From assembly GCA_003152315.1 (NCBI GenBank), contig PLZV01000023.1:4905-68904 (forward strand): 64,000 bases of DNA, read 5' to 3'. Origin of the DNA: Verrucomicrobiota bacterium. Lineage in GTDB: Bacteria; Verrucomicrobiota; Verrucomicrobiia; Palsa-1439. Positions 1 through 10,395 of the stretch are shown here, piece after piece; the stretch's first letter is position 1; each line of letters starts with the position of its first letter. The translations under genes and the position numbers were made by a program. The notes beneath the pieces are model-generated. The model was not told where the DNA came from, did no database searches, and saw nothing but the letters and a program-made list of their open reading frames with translations.

Positions 1-3000
1 CGTTATCGTAAGCAACGATCGTGTAGCAATACAGCGTATTGGCGGACAGGCCGCTCTCCGAGAAGTTGTTTTCCGTCGTCGTCATGACCAGGACGCCATC
101 GCGGTAGACCTGGTAACCAGCCACGCCGAAACCGCTGAAGTCGGTCGAGGCTGCCCACGTGATGGTGACTTCGGATATCGAAACGGCCGTGGCCATGCCG
201 CCGCTCGGAATCGATGGCGCGATTGTGGTGTTGGCCACGGTCGAGTAGCTGATATCGATGCGGTAGAATCTCTGTGGACCGATGGCGTTTATGTCAGTAA
301 TAGTGACCTGATTGCCGTTCGTCACTGGTCCCGTATACCCGGGAAGCGGCAGCCAGACCCCTTCCACCAGGTCGGTGGTGAACTGGGGCGAATAGGTGCG
401 TCGCCCGTCCCACGGGCTGAATGTCAGGTTGTATTGCGCCGGCTGGTTGGTAACAGCCGTTACCTGCAAAAGGAAGACCGACGCGGGATTGGTCGGATCC
501 AGGCCCACCACGTACTTGTAAAGGTTGTTCTGTCCCGTACCATCCGCATCATCATTGGCCAACGAGTCGTCGTTGGTCAATCCTGTCGTGTGACCGAAAT
601 AGCGCAACATCCACCAGTCCGGAATCCCATCCCGGTCGGAATCAGCCTTGGAGACTTCGTAGCAGCCCATGTCGGGCGGATTACCGCGCGGCTGGCCTTC
701 GATGTCAAGCGCGGGGGAATTGCTGAAAATCCCCGCGGCCAGGCACGGGGAGCTCACCGTCAGGTGTGAATCCATTCCCGAGACAAACTGCGGGTCGGCA
801 TCAATACAGCCCGTGCCAAACCAAGTCTGCCCGGTACCGAATTGGATGTCGGAGTACGAAGCGCCAAGAAAACTATTGCCCAGCGTTCCCACCGGGTTGG
901 CGCCGTTTCCCCAGGAGATTGAATTGTATAACGTGGCACTGTTACCGCTGCCGAGGCTGGCCAGACCGGGGTTATTCACTGCGGTACAATTGTTGAGGAT
1001 GGCCGAACCACCGGAACAATTCAGAGCCACAGCCGGGCCAAGATTATTCTCGACCAGGCAATTCACATAGTTTCCACCGCAGCCCATGATGCCGCCCGTA
1101 CTATTAAAGCTGCTCACGCAGGAATCGAACGTGCATTGGCTGTTTCCACCCATGCCACCCCCCCCGTTGCCGGTAACCAGGCAATAGGTGAACGTGCCGG
1201 ATTGCGGCAGCTCGCCATTCGGGCCAAATCCGGTGCGTGGCGCCGCCTGCAGACCGATGCCACCGTTGGAGGAAAACGTGCAGTTCGCGACGGACGCGTC
1301 ACCCGCGGCGTTCAGCCCGAACCCGTTGTTGTGCTGGATCAGGACATTCGACATTGATACAATGCCGGAGTTGCCGTGGCCGCTACTCACCTCATCGTAA
1401 CCGTCACCCTGGTTGTCTTCGATGGTTGAGTCGCTGACCGTGCCATTCTGAAGGGAGCACGCGGTGCCCGCGTTGGTCTGGATTAGGGAATCAGCGATGC
1501 TGATCGACACTCGGCCGTAAAACTCCCCATCGTGGATCACCGTCCCTTGATTCAACCGAAACACACAATTCCTGATTGTCGCATACGAGTCGTTAACTAC
1601 CGCGTTCACACAGGTGTTCTGGTTCGAGACGAACAAGCTGTTTTGGAGATCTACCTCGCCGCTGCCAACGTCCACAACTACGCCGACGTTCTGCGCGAAT
1701 AGACAACCATTGACCGCGGTCGGGGTGGCTGAAAACGACACCGGGTTGCCCCTCAATACTTCGCCGCCGTTCCCTTGAAAGATGCAATTGTTAATTGTCG
1801 GCGAACCGGACTCCAGGTAGATGGCCGCAATATTGGAGGCCGCCCGTTTGATCGTAAAGCCATCGATCACGGATGAATTCCCCTCGCCATCGTGCAGCCA
1901 GAACCCCCCGCCCGTGAACTGGCAGTCAATGACCGCATTGGACGGGCCGTTGACAGACCGGACCGCAATGGATCTGCCGAAGAAATCCAGGTTCGTATTG
2001 CCCGTGCCTGAATACACGCCATTGAGCACCAACACAGTGTCAAGGTTCGTGGCGGCATTCAGGCCGTCCTGGATGTGGCTGAACGGATGCGCGATATTGC
2101 CGTTGGCCAACGGGTCGTTGGTGTTCGTCGCGCTGACGTACAACGCGAGGACGAGTTGAAATACGTTCCCGTTATCGGCCGTCCCACCCGCCGAACACGT
2201 CCCATAGAAATACCCGTTAGTGTCCTGCACCAGGCCCGCCAAGGGGACGGCACCGTCAGTCAGACCGGTGAACGTGTAAAGATTTGTGAACGTACCCTTT
2301 GAGTCGGTTCTAAATATCGTCCCGTTGTTGCCAACACTCCCGCCCCCCGAGGCCGTCCCGTAGTACTGGCCGTCGTTGGCCAGCATCAACCCCGCCACCG
2401 GGTTCGCGCCGTCCGCGCCGCCGGTAAAGGTGTGCAAAATGGTTACAGTGTTGGACGCCGTTCCCGTTATGTTGAGCCGGAAGGCAACCCCGTTGTCGTA
2501 CGTCCCGCCGAAGTAGGTTGTTCCCATGAAATTGGTGGAGTTGACTTGAATCAGCCCCGCCTCCGGCCCGCTTCCATCACCGGCGCCCCCGAGAAAGCGA
2601 TACAAGGTCGTCAACGTTCCCAGCGAAGTGATCTTGAATATCGTGCCGTTGCCGCCCGTCCCGCCTGCGGATGTTGTCCCGTAGAAACTGCCATCTAGGC
2701 CCAGAATCAGCCCTGCCGCAGGAATCCCACCGTCAGCGCCTCCGGTAAAACTATACAGGTTCGTGAATACCGCTGGCAGGTTCGTGAATACAACCGGGGG
2801 TGTGATCCGGAACACCGTGCCGGCATTGCCCGCCCCCCCTTGGGAAGCTGTCCCGTAGAAATTGCCGTCGTTGCCCTGGACCAACGCCGCAATTGGCTCG
2901 CTGCCGTCAGCCCCGCCGGTAAACTGCCACAGCGTGGTCAGTGTCCCCGCCGGCGTAATCTTGAACACCACTCCCGCGTCGTGCGCCCCACCAAAGAAAG

Positions 3001-3328
3001 TTGTCCCGTAGAGATTGCCGTCAATGCCCTGGATCAGCGGCGCTCCTGGGCTGGCGCCATCAGAGTTACCGGTGAAGAGATGCAAATTGGTGAGCACCCC
3101 CGTTGAGCTAATTCGGAAGACCGTGCCGTTGCCCCCCGTCCCGCCTGCTGTGGCCGTTCCATAGAAAAAGCCGTCGCCGGCTTGGATTAGTCCCGCCACT
3201 GGCGAGTGGCCGTCCGTACTGCCGGTAAATAGACTCAACGGGGTGAGAGTGACCGCGCTAGCATCGTCAGGGGAACCCCCCAATGCCAACAGGAGCAAGG
3301 GCACGATAACTACACACAGCCTTTTCAT
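1..3328 (-). CDS. Large secreted protein (3' end beyond window): GloVer-type choice-of-anchor beta-propeller repeats, right-handed beta-helix, choice-of-anchor Q-like segment, [FY]YR domain, FN3
   Basis: Not in the ORF track because no stop lies inside the window. Manual translation from ATG 3328 (alternative ATG 3352) gives signal peptide MKRLCVVIVPLLLLALGG, ~7 repeats of F(T)G..DG..P.A.L.Q..DG.FYGT...GG....GTVF, a PFSHIQDGL/NCIF beta-helix, DIEGQPRGNPPDMGCYE, DSDRDGIPDWW...FYRIDISY and an FN3 module (GYQVYRDG...YCYTIVAYDN). Confidence 0.85.
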   Translation of the reverse strand, partial: MKRLCVVIVPLLLLALGGSPDDASAVTLTPLSLFTGSTDGHSPVAGLIQAGDGFFYGTATAGGTGGNGTVFRISSTGVLTNLHLFTGNSDGASPGAPLIQGIDGNLYGTTFFGGAHDAGVVFKITPAGTLTTLWQFTGGADGSEPIAALVQGNDGNFYGTASQGGAGNAGTVFRITPPVVFTNLPAVFTNLYSFTGGADGGIPAAGLILGLDGSFYGTTSAGGTGGNGTIFKITSLGTLTTLYRFLGGAGDGSGPEAGLIQVNSTNFMGTTYFGGTYDNGVAFRLNITGTASNTVTILHTFTGGADGANPVAGLMLANDGQYYGTASGGGSVGNNGTIFRTDSKGTFTNLYTFTGLTDGAVPLAGLVQDTNGYFYGTCSAGGTADNGNVFQLVLALYVSATNTNDPLANGNIAHPFSHIQDGLNAATNLDTVLVLNGVYSGTGNTNLDFFGRSIAVRSVNGPSNAVIDCQFTGGGFWLHDGEGNSSVIDGFTIKRAASNIAAIYLESGSPTINNCIFQGNGGEVLRGNPVSFSATPTAVNGCLFAQNVGVVVDVGSGEVDLQNSLFVSNQNTCVNAVVNDSYATIRNCVFRLNQGTVIHDGEFYGRVSISIADSLIQTNAGTACSLQNGTVSDSTIEDNQGDGYDEVSSGHGNSGIVSMSNVLIQHNNGFGLNAAGDASVANCTFSSNGGIGLQAAPRTGFGPNGELPQSGTFTYCLVTGNGGGGMGGNSQCTFDSCVSSFNSTGGIMGCGGNYVNCLVENNLGPAVALNCSGGSAILNNCTAVNNPGLASLGSGNSATLYNSISWGNGANPVGTLGNSFLGASYSDIQFGTGQTWFGTGCIDADPQFVSGMDSHLTVSSPCLAAGIFSNSPALDIEGQPRGNPPDMGCYEVSKADSDRDGIPDWWMLRYFGHTTGLTNDDSLANDDADGTGQNNLYKYVVGLDPTNPASVFLLQVTAVTNQPAQYNLTFSPWDGRRTYSPQFTTDLVEGVWLPLPGYTGPVTNGNQVTITDINAIGPQRFYRIDISYSTVANTTIAPSIPSGGMATAVSISEVTITWAASTDFSGFGVAGYQVYRDGVLVMTTTENNFSESGLSANTLYCYTIVAYDN

Positions 3329-3565
3329 GTAACACTTCTCGCAACCCTTCATTTATATAACAGATCCTGGCCGCTATGTCGCGCTTTTTCTGCTTTGGCG
3401 GTGGGTCCGCGAAATTGATTCTATTGGGAAATGTAACGGTAGGAGAGCGTGCGGAACCCCGCCTGCGCCGGGGTCACCATATTTTCGCCAGTGTGCGAAA
3501 TATGGTATCTGGGCCTCTTGGCAGAAAGAGGCTCCTTTTCCGCACTCGGTGATCCTGCTTGAGAA

Positions 3566-3641
3566 TGGAGCCGGCGATCAGACTTGAACTGATAACCTGC
3601 TGATTACAAATCAGCTGCTCTGCCAATTGAGCTACGCCGGC
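3566..3641 (-). tRNA. tRNA-Thr (TGT)
   Basis: Reverse complement GCCGGCGTAGCTCAATTGGCAGAGCAGCTGATTTGTAATCAGCAGGTTATCAGTTCAAGTCTGATCGCCGGCTCCA: cloverleaf, anticodon TGT, GTTC T-loop, CCA end. Confidence 0.97.
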
Positions 3642-3727
3642 AACCGTAACGACTTGAAATATGCCATTTCGGAAGCGCTTAGTCCAGCGCCACGAAGGGA
3701 GTAGTCACCGGGAGCAGACGCCGCTTG

Positions 3728-4498
3728 CTAGACAGTACCATCCCGATCGTTCGCGGGCAAAAGCCACGCCGACACAACCAAAAACATAATTACAGCCACC
3801 GACCCAATCCATTCCCAGAATCCCAAATGCCATGCGACCGATTGTTTGAGGCTCCGGGTGATCGGTTCCAGGAACTGGAAATGAACGCCGATGATTAGTC
3901 GGAGTATGAGCAGGACAATCGCCGGCCAGGTGATCAAGCTCCACCAAAAGACCAGGCGGCGACTCACCAACTCACTTCCCGCCCGATGTCGCTGCTTCAG
4001 GGCATAAAACGCGAACATCAGTATTCCCACGCCAAGGCCGATGCCAGCGGCGCGGCCCAGTACTTCGTGCAACTTGGGGATGGTCGCGTGCCCGCGCACT
4101 GGATGTGAGGTAATCATGCTGGCGAGGATCAAGCACATCGCCCCTCCGGTAAAAAAGGTGGCCCCGACCCGGACCACCGGGGAATCAACGCCGAGTCGGC
4201 GGTTGACGTAGCCGGCAAAAGGCAATAATAGCAGACCGCTCAGGGCCAATCCCACCGCAGGAATGAAATGAAATTGCGGATTCACTCGCGGGTACAGCAA
4301 TTGAGAAATGCTCATCACCCTCCAATCGTAAGCCCGTGGCAGCAGCGCCACGGCGAGTGCCAGGCTCCCAAAAAAGAAAATGGCAATGAGCGGAATCACC
4401 ACGAACAGCATTGTCCGCTGGCTGAGATCGCCAGCAAAGAAGCTGACGATGCTCAAACCGGTGCCGTGAGCGTTCGCTGGTCCTCGTCGCCGATCCAC
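3728..4498 (-). CDS. Multi-pass membrane protein, DUF998-like (start uncertain, possibly ATG 4411)
   Basis: About 6 hydrophobic segments; YDWRVMSISQL and LHEVLG motifs resemble DUF998. Confidence 0.55.
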   Translation of the reverse strand: MDRRRGPANAHGTGLSIVSFFAGDLSQRTMLFVVIPLIAIFFFGSLALAVALLPRAYDWRVMSISQLLYPRVNPQFHFIPAVGLALSGLLLLPFAGYVNRRLGVDSPVVRVGATFFTGGAMCLILASMITSHPVRGHATIPKLHEVLGRAAGIGLGVGILMFAFYALKQRHRAGSELVSRRLVFWWSLITWPAIVLLILRLIIGVHFQFLEPITRSLKQSVAWHLGFWEWIGSVAVIMFLVVSAWLLPANDRDGTV

Positions 4499-4542
4499 AG
4501 TTGGCTGACTTCCTGGAAACCCTGCTGGATTCTCCGTGCGGC

Positions 4543-4704
4543 CTAATCCTTCTTCTCTCCCCGATCGGAATTGAGAACAGCAATGGTCAGCGCCGTCACT
4601 GCGATAACCAGCGTCAGCAGCAAGAGCGGACCTCCGTGTCTGCCGAAATGTCCGAACGCCATCAAGATTGGTGTTATTGCAATGTGATTCACTGTTTGTA
4701 CCAT
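4543..4704 (-). CDS. Small single-pass membrane protein (53 aa)
   Basis: Manual translation MVQTVNHIAITPILMAFGHFGRHGGPLLLLTLVIAVTALTIAVLNSDRGEKKD; co-oriented with its neighbours. Confidence 0.45.
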   Translation of the reverse strand: MVQTVNHIAITPILMAFGHFGRHGGPLLLLTLVIAVTALTIAVLNSDRGEKKD

Positions 4705-4777
4705 AGCTTACTTCTTGAGCGTGTAAAGTAGTCGAAAAACAAGCGGCGTGTTTTCCATTCAGACCTTGAGGATCGGA

Positions 4778-5791
4778 TCAGGATGCGCCCATTGATAGAA
4801 CAGCCGCACCCTCAACTTTCCCGTCACGCAAGTCGCACAATGCGTCGTTGGCTCGATCCAGCGAATAAACCTGTACTTGGGTCTTGACCGGCACTTGGGG
4901 AGCGATCTCCAGGAATTCCTCACCGTCGCGGCGCGTCAGATTGGCTACCGACCGAACGGACCGTTCTTCCCAAAGCAGTTGGTACGGAAAGGAAGGGATA
5001 TCGCTCATGTGAATTCCACCACAAACAACTGTGCCGCCCTTGCCGACCGCGCGAAGGGCGGCAGGAACCAGCGAACCGACGGGCGCAAAGATGATGGCCG
5101 CGTCCAGTTGCTCCGGCGGTTGTTCATCAGAACCGCCGGCCCACACCGCTCCGAGGCGCCGGGCGAATCCCTGGTCTTTGACGTCCCCTGGCTTCGTAAA
5201 GGCATAGACTCGTCGCTTCTGGTAAACCGCCACTTGAGTGAGAATGTGGGCCGCCGCGCCAAATCCATAAAGCCCCAGGTTCCGTGCGTCCTTCCCGGCG
5301 ATTCGATACGAGCGGTAGCCGATCAGACCGGCGCACAGCCACGGCGCAGTCTCCGCGTCCCCGGGGCCTGCTGCCAGATGAAAGCTGAACGCCGCGTCAG
5401 CCACGGTGTATTCTGCGAAGCCGCCATTGACCGTATAACCAGTGAACTGCGCATTCTCACAAAGGTTCTCCTGGCCCCTCTTGCAGTAACGACAATCGCC
5501 ACAGGCGAACGCCAGCCAGGGCACGCCCACCCGGTCGCCGTTGCGAAAGTTTTCAACCTTCTCACCGATCTGGGCGACATTGCCCACGATTTCATGACCG
5601 GGTATCAGGGGTAGTTTTGGGTCTGTAAGTTCCCCATCAACGATGTGCAAATCCGTGCGACACACACCACAAGCATGAACGCGAATCAGAATCTGGTTTG
5701 GCTTTGGCCGGGGAATGGGTACTTTCCTGAGACGCAGTGGCTGCTTCGGTTTTTCCAGCAGCATCGCGCCCATGGTCTCCGGTACTTGCAT
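4778..5791 (-). CDS. Zinc-dependent alcohol dehydrogenase (MDR family)
   Basis: CGVCRTDLH, PGHE, structural Zn site CGDCRYCKRGQENLC, GLYGFGAAAH. Confidence 0.93.
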   Translation of the reverse strand: MQVPETMGAMLLEKPKQPLRLRKVPIPRPKPNQILIRVHACGVCRTDLHIVDGELTDPKLPLIPGHEIVGNVAQIGEKVENFRNGDRVGVPWLAFACGDCRYCKRGQENLCENAQFTGYTVNGGFAEYTVADAAFSFHLAAGPGDAETAPWLCAGLIGYRSYRIAGKDARNLGLYGFGAAAHILTQVAVYQKRRVYAFTKPGDVKDQGFARRLGAVWAGGSDEQPPEQLDAAIIFAPVGSLVPAALRAVGKGGTVVCGGIHMSDIPSFPYQLLWEERSVRSVANLTRRDGEEFLEIAPQVPVKTQVQVYSLDRANDALCDLRDGKVEGAAVLSMGAS

Positions 5792-5848
5792 CGCTTAACC
5801 TGTGTACCACTCTAGCCTTGATAATTCGAGGTTTCTCGGGCAAAATGC

Positions 5849-8800
5849 ATGCCTGTGAAACGAGCCACGACGCTCTTTTTGACCTTTCTTCTCGGCTTGC
5901 CCGCCATCAGTCTCGCTGATCCCGGTAACGTAGTTTCCTGGTTTAGCAATTCGCTGAATGAACTCACGTTCACTTGTGCAACCGCTGTTGTGAAGCTGAA
6001 CCTGGTGGATGCGAATGTCGCCCGGGTGCGCCTGGAGCCAAGCGGAGTGGCTTTCAACACGAATGTTTCCTTCACCGTCATCAAGAACTGGGTTCTCCCT
6101 CCGATCACCGTGGTTGACGGGAGCACGCTGACCGTCACCACTTCGGGCCTGCGGGTGGACGTGTCCAAAACACCGTTCCACCTCACGTTCCGCAAGCCGG
6201 ACGGCACACTGTGGCTGACCGACACCAACGCCACCGGCTTCACCATCACCCCCAGCGGTTCCATCACCAACCTGAGCGAGACGTTTGGCATGCCGGGTGG
6301 CGAGCAGTTTTACGGACTCGGGCTCGTGCTCGGCAAGCCCCTGAGCTATCGCGGACAGACGCGCACACTTTATAACGCGCGCAGCGGATTCTCGTCGGGG
6401 GCCATGACGGACATGGCGGTGCCTCTGATGGTGTCATCGAAGGGCTACGGTGTGTTCGTGGACAATACGTTCTCACAGACCTGGGATTTTACCCTCTCCA
6501 GCACCACGCAATGGCGCGCGTTGGTTACTTCCGGTGAGTTGAATTACTACTTCATCGGTGGAAACACCCCGGCGGATGCGTTGAATCGGTATGGGCAAAT
6601 CGTCGGCACCGCGCCTGTCGCGCCCCGTTGGGCAATGGGATACATGCAGTCGAAGTATGGGTATCGCAACTGGTCGCAGATGTACACGGCGGTGAGCACA
6701 TTCCGGACGAACGACCTGCCGGTCGATACACTGATTCTGGATTTGTATTGGTTTGGGTCGCCGAGCGTGATGGGCGGACTCACGTGGGACAACACGAATT
6801 TTCCAAATCAGTCCAGCAACCTGACGGCGCTGGCGAATTTAGGTGTCAAAACCATCAATATCCACGAGGAATACATCAACAACGCCAATCAGCCCGCGCT
6901 TGGCAATTTCAACACGGCGGCGGCGGCGCATTATCTACTGACCACCGACGCGGCGATGACGACACCGAGCATCCAGGTGAACAACGGGTTTTACAACACG
7001 GCCGGCTATGTCGATTTTTCCAACCCGTCGGCGCGCGGCTGGTGGTTTTCGAAGATCAAGCCCTTGTATGACGCGGGCATTGCCGGCTTCTGGACGGACC
7101 TTGGCGAGCCGGAACAGGACAACGCGAATGATTTTCTTTTTGGCGGACATCGCGAGTCGGAGATGCACAACGTGTACAACCTTCTGTGGCATCAGGGACT
7201 GGCGGAAGGATTTGCCACCAACTACCCCAATGCGCGGCTCTACATCCTGAGTCGGTCGGGGTTTGCGGGCGATCACCGGTTTGGCGTCGGACATTGGACG
7301 AATGACACCGGCGCGGATTGGACAACTTTCGCGGCGCATTTGAATGCGATCTGCAATTATGGTTTGTCGGGCTTGAACTATTTCGGCAGCGACATCGGCG
7401 GGTTCACGGGAACGCCGACCGATGAACTGTACGTTCGATGGTTTCAGTTTGGAGCATTTTGTCCGGTGTTTCGCGCACACGGCATGGACAGCAAGCCGGT
7501 GGCGCCGTACGAGTTCGATCTGTTCGTGCAAGATCATTGCCGCAACATGATGAAGTTGCATTATCGCCTGTTGCCGTACGAGTACACGATGGCGCGCGAG
7601 ACGTTTGACACAGGAATCCCGATGGATCGCGCGCTACCGCTGGCGTTCCCAAGCGACACCAATGGTTTCATCAATGGCTCCCAGTTCATGTTCGGGTCGA
7701 ATATCATGGTCGCGCCCGTCAGCACACAGGGAGCGGGTTCACGGTCGGTGTACCTGCCGGCGGGAAACTGGATCGATTTGTGGGGTGGACAGGCTCTCAC
7801 CGGGCCAGTGACGACGAATTGGGCCGCACCGATCTCCCAGATCCCGGCGTTCTATCGCGACAACTCAATTACGCCTCTCGGGCCGTACGTCCAATCGAGC
7901 CAGTTTGACGATGGAACGGTGCGCGGGTTACGCGTGTATTGCAGTACGAATGCCAGCGGCACCGTTTACGATGACGATGGCGTGTCGACCGGATTTCGCT
8001 CCAATCAGTTTGCCACGACGTCGATCAGCGCGGCGGCGTTGAGCAACAGTGTGGCCCTGAACATCGGCAGCGCGGTGGGCTCCTATACCGGTCAGCCAGC
8101 GCAACGAATGTGGCAGGTGGAAGTGTATTGCACGAATGCTGTTTCCGACGTGGTCGCGGACGGCGTGTCGTTGGCCAGCTTCACCAGCGCGGAATCGCTG
8201 ACCTCGGCTCCGTCAGGTTACTACGTGGACGGCGCGGAGCATCTGGTACGGATGGTGATACCGTCGGCCCCGATCACGCAATCGCATCTGGTAACAACCT
8301 ATCTCAACCAGACATCGCCACCCCCGTATGAAGCTCGGATTAACGGTGGCGGCCGTCCCTATCTCGACCGCGGCGGAGCGATGTGGGTGGAAGATCGCGC
8401 CTATCATGCGGGCTCGTTTGGTATCAATGGTGGTGCCAGTAATATGGTCGCTAACGCGATTGCCGGCACGGATGACGATGTCCTCTACCAGTCGGAACAC
8501 CTCGGTGCGACCTTCACGGCGCTCTTCGATTGTCCGAATGGCACCTACGAAACAACCTTGTACGATGCCGAGACTCGCTGGAACGCCCCCGGTCAGCGGA
8601 TTTTTAATGTATCCATCCTGGGCCAGCAAGTCCTGAGCAACTTCGACATCTTCGCCGCCGCAGGTGGGTCCAACAAGGCGGTCGTCGTCACGTTCACCAA
8701 CATCGTCTCCAGCGGACAACTCGAAATCGACTTCAACGCTGTCGCCACCCCATCAGAAACAAACGCCCGCGTCTCCGCCATTCGTGTCAGAAAAATCGCC

Positions 8801-10000
8801 GATCCCATCTTCGAATCGATCCCCCCAACTGTCTTCATTAGCTCGCCCGTCAATGGCACCACGGTCGCGGGCACCCTGGCGGTCATGGGCACAGCCAGTG
8901 ACAATGTCGCCGTGGCGAAGGTCGAGGTCAGTATCGATAACGGCGGCTGGAGCATCGCGACGGGCACGACGAACTGGTTGTTCTCGCTCAACACGGCAAC
9001 CCTACTGAACGGTCTGCACACCATCTCCGCGCGCGCCACCGACGGATCGGGCAACGTGTCGAGCATCCCGTCCGTCACGGTGCGTGTGATCAATGTGCCG
9101 GGCGCCTACCTCGCGCGCATCAGCCCCGGCAACCCGAGCAACGCCACCGATTGCGCCGCGAATGTGTGGATGGCGGATCAGGGGTACACACCCGGTTCGT
9201 TTGGGTATTCGGGGAACGGCAGCGGCGGTTACGTCAACAATGCGATTTCCGGTGTCTGCGCGAACGTCTGGCCGCTCTACCAGCGCGAACGCTACAGCAC
9301 CGCATCCGGCGGGTACAGTTACCTCTTCGACTGCCCCCCGGGTATTTACGAAACGACGCTGCTCGAGGCGGAAACCTACTGGAGCAGCACGAACGCGCGT
9401 GTGTTCAACGTGTTCCTTCAAGGGCAGCAGGTCCTGACGAATTTCGACATTTTTAAGACGGCTGGCGGCCAGAACATCCCAATCAGCCGCGTTTTCACGA
9501 GCGCCGTGGCCGCCGCGCAACTCGAGATGGACTTCATTCCCATCACCGACAACGCCCGCGCTTCTGGAATTCAGGTCCGCAAGATCGCCGACCTTGATAG
9601 CGACGCCGATGGCATTCCTGATTGGTGGATGCTCGCGTACTTCAACCACCCAACGGGCCAGGGCGCCGATTATTCGCTGGCCAACGACGATGCCGATGGC
9701 ACCGGCCAGAACAACTTGTTCAAGTACGTCACCGGATTGAATCCCCTAGACCCGACTGCGGTATTTGTTCTCAACATCGCCAGCGTACCGAACCAGCCGT
9801 TACAGAACAATCTGCTGTTTGATCCTGTGGCCCTGGGCCGGACCTATGCCCCCCAATTCAGTGTCGATTTGGTCAGCGGCCTTTGGTCGCAGCTTACCGG
9901 TTTTGCCGGTCCCGTAACCAACGGGAACCAGGTCACGATCACCGATTTGAATGCGACCCAGTCCAATAAGTTCTATCGCATCCACATCACCTATCCCTGA
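5849..10000 (+). CDS. Secreted GH31 glycoside hydrolase with two malectin-like domains, an Ig-like (Big) domain and a C-terminal [FY]YR domain
   Basis: Signal peptide; GH31 motifs ILDLYW, FWTDLGEPE (nucleophile), WTND, GSDIGGF, RWFQFGAF; malectin motifs DDVLYQSE and RIFNV..QVLSNFDIF; C-terminus DSDADGIPDWW...KFYRIHITYP. Confidence 0.92.
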   Translation: MPVKRATTLFLTFLLGLPAISLADPGNVVSWFSNSLNELTFTCATAVVKLNLVDANVARVRLEPSGVAFNTNVSFTVIKNWVLPPITVVDGSTLTVTTSGLRVDVSKTPFHLTFRKPDGTLWLTDTNATGFTITPSGSITNLSETFGMPGGEQFYGLGLVLGKPLSYRGQTRTLYNARSGFSSGAMTDMAVPLMVSSKGYGVFVDNTFSQTWDFTLSSTTQWRALVTSGELNYYFIGGNTPADALNRYGQIVGTAPVAPRWAMGYMQSKYGYRNWSQMYTAVSTFRTNDLPVDTLILDLYWFGSPSVMGGLTWDNTNFPNQSSNLTALANLGVKTINIHEEYINNANQPALGNFNTAAAAHYLLTTDAAMTTPSIQVNNGFYNTAGYVDFSNPSARGWWFSKIKPLYDAGIAGFWTDLGEPEQDNANDFLFGGHRESEMHNVYNLLWHQGLAEGFATNYPNARLYILSRSGFAGDHRFGVGHWTNDTGADWTTFAAHLNAICNYGLSGLNYFGSDIGGFTGTPTDELYVRWFQFGAFCPVFRAHGMDSKPVAPYEFDLFVQDHCRNMMKLHYRLLPYEYTMARETFDTGIPMDRALPLAFPSDTNGFINGSQFMFGSNIMVAPVSTQGAGSRSVYLPAGNWIDLWGGQALTGPVTTNWAAPISQIPAFYRDNSITPLGPYVQSSQFDDGTVRGLRVYCSTNASGTVYDDDGVSTGFRSNQFATTSISAAALSNSVALNIGSAVGSYTGQPAQRMWQVEVYCTNAVSDVVADGVSLASFTSAESLTSAPSGYYVDGAEHLVRMVIPSAPITQSHLVTTYLNQTSPPPYEARINGGGRPYLDRGGAMWVEDRAYHAGSFGINGGASNMVANAIAGTDDDVLYQSEHLGATFTALFDCPNGTYETTLYDAETRWNAPGQRIFNVSILGQQVLSNFDIFAAAGGSNKAVVVTFTNIVSSGQLEIDFNAVATPSETNARVSAIRVRKIADPIFESIPPTVFISSPVNGTTVAGTLAVMGTASDNVAVAKVEVSIDNGGWSIATGTTNWLFSLNTATLLNGLHTISARATDGSGNVSSIPSVTVRVINVPGAYLARISPGNPSNATDCAANVWMADQGYTPGSFGYSGNGSGGYVNNAISGVCANVWPLYQRERYSTASGGYSYLFDCPPGIYETTLLEAETYWSSTNARVFNVFLQGQQVLTNFDIFKTAGGQNIPISRVFTSAVAAAQLEMDFIPITDNARASGIQVRKIADLDSDADGIPDWWMLAYFNHPTGQGADYSLANDDADGTGQNNLFKYVTGLNPLDPTAVFVLNIASVPNQPLQNNLLFDPVALGRTYAPQFSVDLVSGLWSQLTGFAGPVTNGNQVTITDLNATQSNKFYRIHITYP

Positions 10001-10096
10001 GCGCCGCCGCCGCGACCACGCGTTTGGAAATTCCTTGCGGTACTCTCAGTTCAGGACTAGCATTCAGTCGGCGGTGAGAAAGGAGACGCGTGGGTC

Positions 10097-10336
10097 ATGG
10101 ACATTTCCTTCGGCTGCCCCGAGTGCCGACAGCACATGGTGATCGACGAAGCCGGAGCCGGTCTTCTCGTGGCGTGCCCCAAGTGTGGCCGAGAGATCCG
10201 CGTTCCCAGTCCCCTCGACCCGAAATCGAATCCCGGCGCCACGCCGGTAAATGTTTCCCGGCCGGACAAGGAGAGGACAGTTGCCATGAAGTGGACCCCT
10301 CCTTCCTCAACGACGCGCCAAAAACCGAAACTTTGA
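10097..10336 (+). CDS. Small zinc-ribbon protein
   Basis: CPEC...CPKC; AGGAG RBS upstream; paralogous to the N-terminus of 47995..48693. Confidence 0.75.
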   Translation: MDISFGCPECRQHMVIDEAGAGLLVACPKCGREIRVPSPLDPKSNPGATPVNVSRPDKERTVAMKWTPPSSTTRQKPKL

Positions 10337-10395
10337 CCGCCTAGTCCCGACGACACCTTGAGCATGTGTGCCAAGCGGTGATAGGATGTCGTGCT

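Noticed and set aside
434-3106. Multiple plus-strand ORFs in the track
   Set aside because: Shadows of the large minus-strand secreted gene, which the track missed because it runs off the window.
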